64,000 nucleotides of DNA from Clostridia bacterium (GTDB lineage: Bacteria > Bacillota > Clostridia > UBA1212 > DUPL01), in contig JBMNIW010000005.1 of assembly GCA_050951325.1 (NCBI GenBank), positions 32,001 to 96,000 of the forward strand. The letters are read 5' to 3'. Of the stretch, positions 60,729 to 64,000 are shown in pieces. A model generated the notes under the pieces. That model was not told the origin of the DNA. It ran no database searches and saw only the letters and a program-made list of their open reading frames with translations. The position numbers and the translations under genes are program-made. The stretch's first letter is position 1; each line of letters starts with the position of its first letter.

Positions 60729-61526
60729 ATGAAAAAACGAATTTTATTGATCTTTGTTTTGTTTGCGTTTGTAATGTCGCTCAATCTTGTAGTTGCCGAG
60801 GAGGAAGAAAGTGAATTTGAAGGCCCTGGTTTGTTGTATGATTTTTATTATGAGTGGGACGACTCATGGAACTATGTTCCCGCGACATGGAGCGGCTCGA
60901 TGTGCGATATCGAGTATAGCGACAATGCCTTGCTTATTAATATCCATGGAAAAGATCCATATATCTTCCTTGAGGTTTACGAGGAAATTGAATTGGAAGA
61001 GTATCCTTGGATAAAGGTTAGGATTAAGAATGAAAGTGCAACTTCTGAAACCTTTGAAATGTATGTTATTAGGGACAATGAGCAGATATCCGAAACAAAC
61101 AATTTTCATTATAACATTGGCAAGGAACATGAAGAATTTATGGAATTTATCATTGATGCCAGAGTTGTCAAGAGTGAACAGTGGTGGACAGGAGCTTTAA
61201 CAGGGCTGAGATTTGACGCTGTCAGGAATGCCGCTGAAGAAGGCGGTGAGACCTTTTATCTAGAGTACCTTGGCTTCTTCAAGACGCAGGAAGATGCGGA
61301 GAATTTTGAGCCGGTAAGGGATGCAACTCCGCCGCCAACAAAAGAACCTACAGATACACCGGCACAAACTCCCAAACCAACAAATACTCAAAAGCCGGCA
61401 TCTACTCCCAAGCAGGACAATTCTGACAAGGGTGGAACCATGACTTTGGGTATAATACTGTCGGTGGTCATAATATTAGCTGCTGTTGTTGTAGCTGTTA
61501 TTATTGTTAGAAAGTCAAGAAAGTAA
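60729..61526 (+). CDS. Secreted, membrane-anchored protein with unassigned CBM-like domain (paralog 3)
   Basis: Signal peptide, DPYI...YPWIKVRIKNES...WTGALTGLRFD...YLEYLGFFKTQEDA, PT linker, TM helix, RKSRK. Confidence 0.8.
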   Translation: MKKRILLIFVLFAFVMSLNLVVAEEEESEFEGPGLLYDFYYEWDDSWNYVPATWSGSMCDIEYSDNALLINIHGKDPYIFLEVYEEIELEEYPWIKVRIKNESATSETFEMYVIRDNEQISETNNFHYNIGKEHEEFMEFIIDARVVKSEQWWTGALTGLRFDAVRNAAEEGGETFYLEYLGFFKTQEDAENFEPVRDATPPPTKEPTDTPAQTPKPTNTQKPASTPKQDNSDKGGTMTLGIILSVVIILAAVVVAVIIVRKSRK

Positions 61527-61527
61527 A

Positions 61528-61553
61528 AGGAGGCTGCGATTTGCAGCCTCTTA
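61528..61553. terminator. Bidirectional terminator
   Basis: GAGGCTGC-GATTT-GCAGCCTC between convergent genes. Confidence 0.7.
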
Positions 61554-61555
61554 TC

Positions 61556-63163
61556 TTAATCCAATATGTCATAGAAAGCAATTGCTGGTATGCCACTACT
61601 GTTTGATAGATTTACCTCTTCAGGATAGCAGTCTTCTGCAAGGCAGTTGTATCTTACGCCGGTTATGTTATAGTCGTATTTAATCACTATCTTGTTCTTG
61701 TCAACTATAGTCACATCTTCAGCGTCCATCCACATACCTTTTGTATAGATTTGAAAACCTATAATTTTGTCGCCTTCGGCCTTAAGACCATCTCCAACAC
61801 TTCTATATGTAATAGTAACTTCTTTTTTGTTATATTTAACTTTAACCGCTACAGGACCTTCATTGTATTCAATGTCAACTTTGTCATACAATACACTTAA
61901 GGCAAGGTCGGATAATCTTTTTGATTGCTCAAACTTGCACTTTGGATGCAAGCTGTTCCAGTATGTTTTGTCCTTCCAGACATCGGAACCTGCTGCCATG
62001 AAAACATTGTCACAAAGAAGCGCCACCTTGCTTATTGCTCCACGAACATTGCCCAAATCAAGAAATGCCCAATCTCCTATTGTTCCAGCAGGCATTGTGT
62101 AAATTGAAGGGAACTCCACTACAAAGATAGGGAAGTCGTGATAGTTTTGGTTTATGGTATTACGGTAAAACTCGAAAGTAGCAGCCAGATTCTCTGCGTA
62201 AATGGGGTATAGATGATTCAGGCAGTCACTTTCTCCCTGATACCATACAAGACCGCTGATTGTCATGTGGCGGAATGGATACATAAGCTGGTTCCATATC
62301 CAGCGGGTTGTTGAATCGCCAAGAACTGTACTCTGTGTAAGACCTATGCCTTTCTCTTCGCAGACTTCAGGTGGCATGAATGCAGACAATGCAGCTCCTG
62401 CGCATTCGAATGTAATAATACCGATAGGGATTTCACCATTGGTTGCATCGTATATGTTCTTTGCAAAAGTATAGCCTATTGCTGAACCTGATTTTGCATA
62501 ATTGTATGCTTTTTGCCATGTGTTCCTTGTGTGAAGCATACAGTCATTATAAACCGTAGTTGCATCCGAACCATTGAATTTGCCGGATTGTGGGTTGTTT
62601 ATGCACACCCTGATTGCATCATCCTTGTTCAGTTCAACGCCGCAATCGGGTTGTTCGGCCAGCATGGTTGATAGATTGTACTGGATATTTGACTGTCCCA
62701 CAACCCAAAACACATCTCCAACCAGAACATCATTGAACTCGTAACTTACTCCGTCTCCACCTGAAACAGTCAGTGTGTGCCCCATATCTTTCGAAGCGGG
62801 AAGGGTACCTCCCAATGTAATTATCCATTCGCCGTTTTCCACAGTTGCACTCCCATGCAAACCTTTAAAGGAAGCGGTTACAATTTTGCCTTCATCACTT
62901 GCTTCAGCTGTTCCATATATTCTGATATACTCGTCCCTTTGAAGAACCATATTATTGCTGAACACCTTGTTTACCTTGAAAGTCGTAGCGGTTCCTTCAA
63001 CCGGCTCTTCGGATTTGATATCAGGTTTTTCACGCTTTATTACATAACTACCTGGTTGCAAGTCATCGTCAGAACCGACATTGTTGCTGCAGCCTGACAA
63101 AGCGCTGATTGTTAATATTAGTGCAATCTGAATTATTAAGATTCTTATTGTGCTTTTCTTCAA
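61556..63163 (-). CDS. Sialate O-acetylesterase-like (SASA/SGNH) lipoprotein
   Basis: Lipobox LSGC, FSNNMVLQR, VLVGDV..VGQSN, PIGII, WYQGESD, LHP.CK. Likely TTG start at 63163. Confidence 0.85.
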   Translation of the reverse strand: MKKSTIRILIIQIALILTISALSGCSNNVGSDDDLQPGSYVIKREKPDIKSEEPVEGTATTFKVNKVFSNNMVLQRDEYIRIYGTAEASDEGKIVTASFKGLHGSATVENGEWIITLGGTLPASKDMGHTLTVSGGDGVSYEFNDVLVGDVFWVVGQSNIQYNLSTMLAEQPDCGVELNKDDAIRVCINNPQSGKFNGSDATTVYNDCMLHTRNTWQKAYNYAKSGSAIGYTFAKNIYDATNGEIPIGIITFECAGAALSAFMPPEVCEEKGIGLTQSTVLGDSTTRWIWNQLMYPFRHMTISGLVWYQGESDCLNHLYPIYAENLAATFEFYRNTINQNYHDFPIFVVEFPSIYTMPAGTIGDWAFLDLGNVRGAISKVALLCDNVFMAAGSDVWKDKTYWNSLHPKCKFEQSKRLSDLALSVLYDKVDIEYNEGPVAVKVKYNKKEVTITYRSVGDGLKAEGDKIIGFQIYTKGMWMDAEDVTIVDKNKIVIKYDYNITGVRYNCLAEDCYPEEVNLSNSSGIPAIAFYDILD

Positions 63164-63284
63164 ATAGTTTCCCTTCTTTCTAATTTGTTTATTATATTTT
63201 ACACTAATTACTGAAATTTGCAACTAAAAAATGGAGATACTGTAGTATTAAGTTTCAGTACCTCCATGTATTTCCAATATATTG

Positions 63285-64000
63285 TCATCCTCTATATACT
63301 ATTACTTCACTTTCTCTTAGCAGAGCACCATATTTCTCGCCAATTATTTGAACGGATATGATGTCTCCTTCGGCAAGAGGCTTTCTGAAATCCCTGACAA
63401 CTATCAGCGACTGGTTTATATACTCTGCATCATACACTTTATCGTTGATGCATAAAAATGTGTTTTCGGTAAAACCATCACCAATTACTGTTAGTGTTCT
63501 CTTTTCTTCATCATATGTGACACTGTCTATATAAAACGGTATTATTCCACCTATTTCATAATCATCATTTTCGTATTCATCCTTGTTTATGTCTTCCTGC
63601 ATCAAATAGTACTGAAGCAGTTTGTAATAGTGGAAGTACTCAGGGTCGTTATTGTACACCCTGTGGAACTTGTTAACGAGGTTTCCATCAAGTCCTATCA
63701 TGTCACACAGATAGGTAGACAAGTGGTACAGCTCCAGATGTCTGTCTTGCAATTTTTCCAAGCCTACATTGTTCCATGTGTAGAACTTGGTAACGAACTT
63801 GTCATCCTGCGACATTTCCTCCACGTCATAGAAGAGATTTGGCAGATGATCGGAATACATTAGTACAAAGGTCGGTTCGCCTTTTTTTTCCAGATAATCT
63901 ATTATACTTTTTATAGCGTCATCAAACTCTTCCAATTGGCCAAGGTAATATGCTACTCTAGCTTTCTTTTCATCGTCTCCATCAATTTCGAACTCCATGG
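63285..64000 (-). CDS. LTA synthase/sulfatase-family protein, C-terminal part (5' end outside window)
   Basis: FDDAIKSII...PTFVLMYSDHLP, then a C-terminal Ig/IPT-like segment LTVIGDGFT. Confidence 0.75.
   Translation of the reverse strand, partial: MEFEIDGDDEKKARVAYYLGQLEEFDDAIKSIIDYLEKKGEPTFVLMYSDHLPNLFYDVEEMSQDDKFVTKFYTWNNVGLEKLQDRHLELYHLSTYLCDMIGLDGNLVNKFHRVYNNDPEYFHYYKLLQYYLMQEDINKDEYENDDYEIGGIIPFYIDSVTYDEEKRTLTVIGDGFTENTFLCINDKVYDAEYINQSLIVVRDFRKPLAEGDIISVQIIGEKYGALLRESEVIVYRG

Overview
This is a low-GC chromosomal window from a spore-forming Clostridia-class Firmicute, judged from dpaAB, spoVS, a sigma-K-like promoter and PT-rich linkers. It is mostly core genes on the + strand: dpaAB, ftsK, folD, rny, ymdB-spoVS, pgeF, lspA-rluD, a serine-biosynthesis operon, aroK/aroQ/aroE, pepQ, efp, mntR-feoAB, kamA, acnA, T-box/ileS, smc-ftsY-ylxM-ffh-rpsP-khpA-rimM-trmD-iscS-thiI, tRNA-Lys, hisS and luxS. 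It ends in a carbohydrate region (GH78, SorE-like dehydrogenase, RhaB-like kinase, surface proteins, SGNH esterase). I saw no CRISPR array, prophage, integrase or IS element. The most interesting observations are: (1) three paralogous secreted, membrane-anchored proteins sharing an unassigned domain (DPY...RFD...IEY.AFF.T.EEA); (2) a degenerate Ile T-box bypassed by a perfect downstream sigma-A promoter, with a 16-codon ORF between them; (3) a 9-bp-periodic TGCA array in the rny 5'UTR; (4) double anti-RBS pairing in the spoVS leader; (5) a probably leaderless DUF4004 gene with tandem palindromes over its promoter; (6) a SorE-like reductase plus RhaB-like kinase without an isomerase or aldolase; (7) repeated in-place micro-inversions of conserved gene blocks; (8) a sigma-54 promoter on kamA and a Bacillus-type aconitase. 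All calls come from reading motifs by eye; no searches were run.
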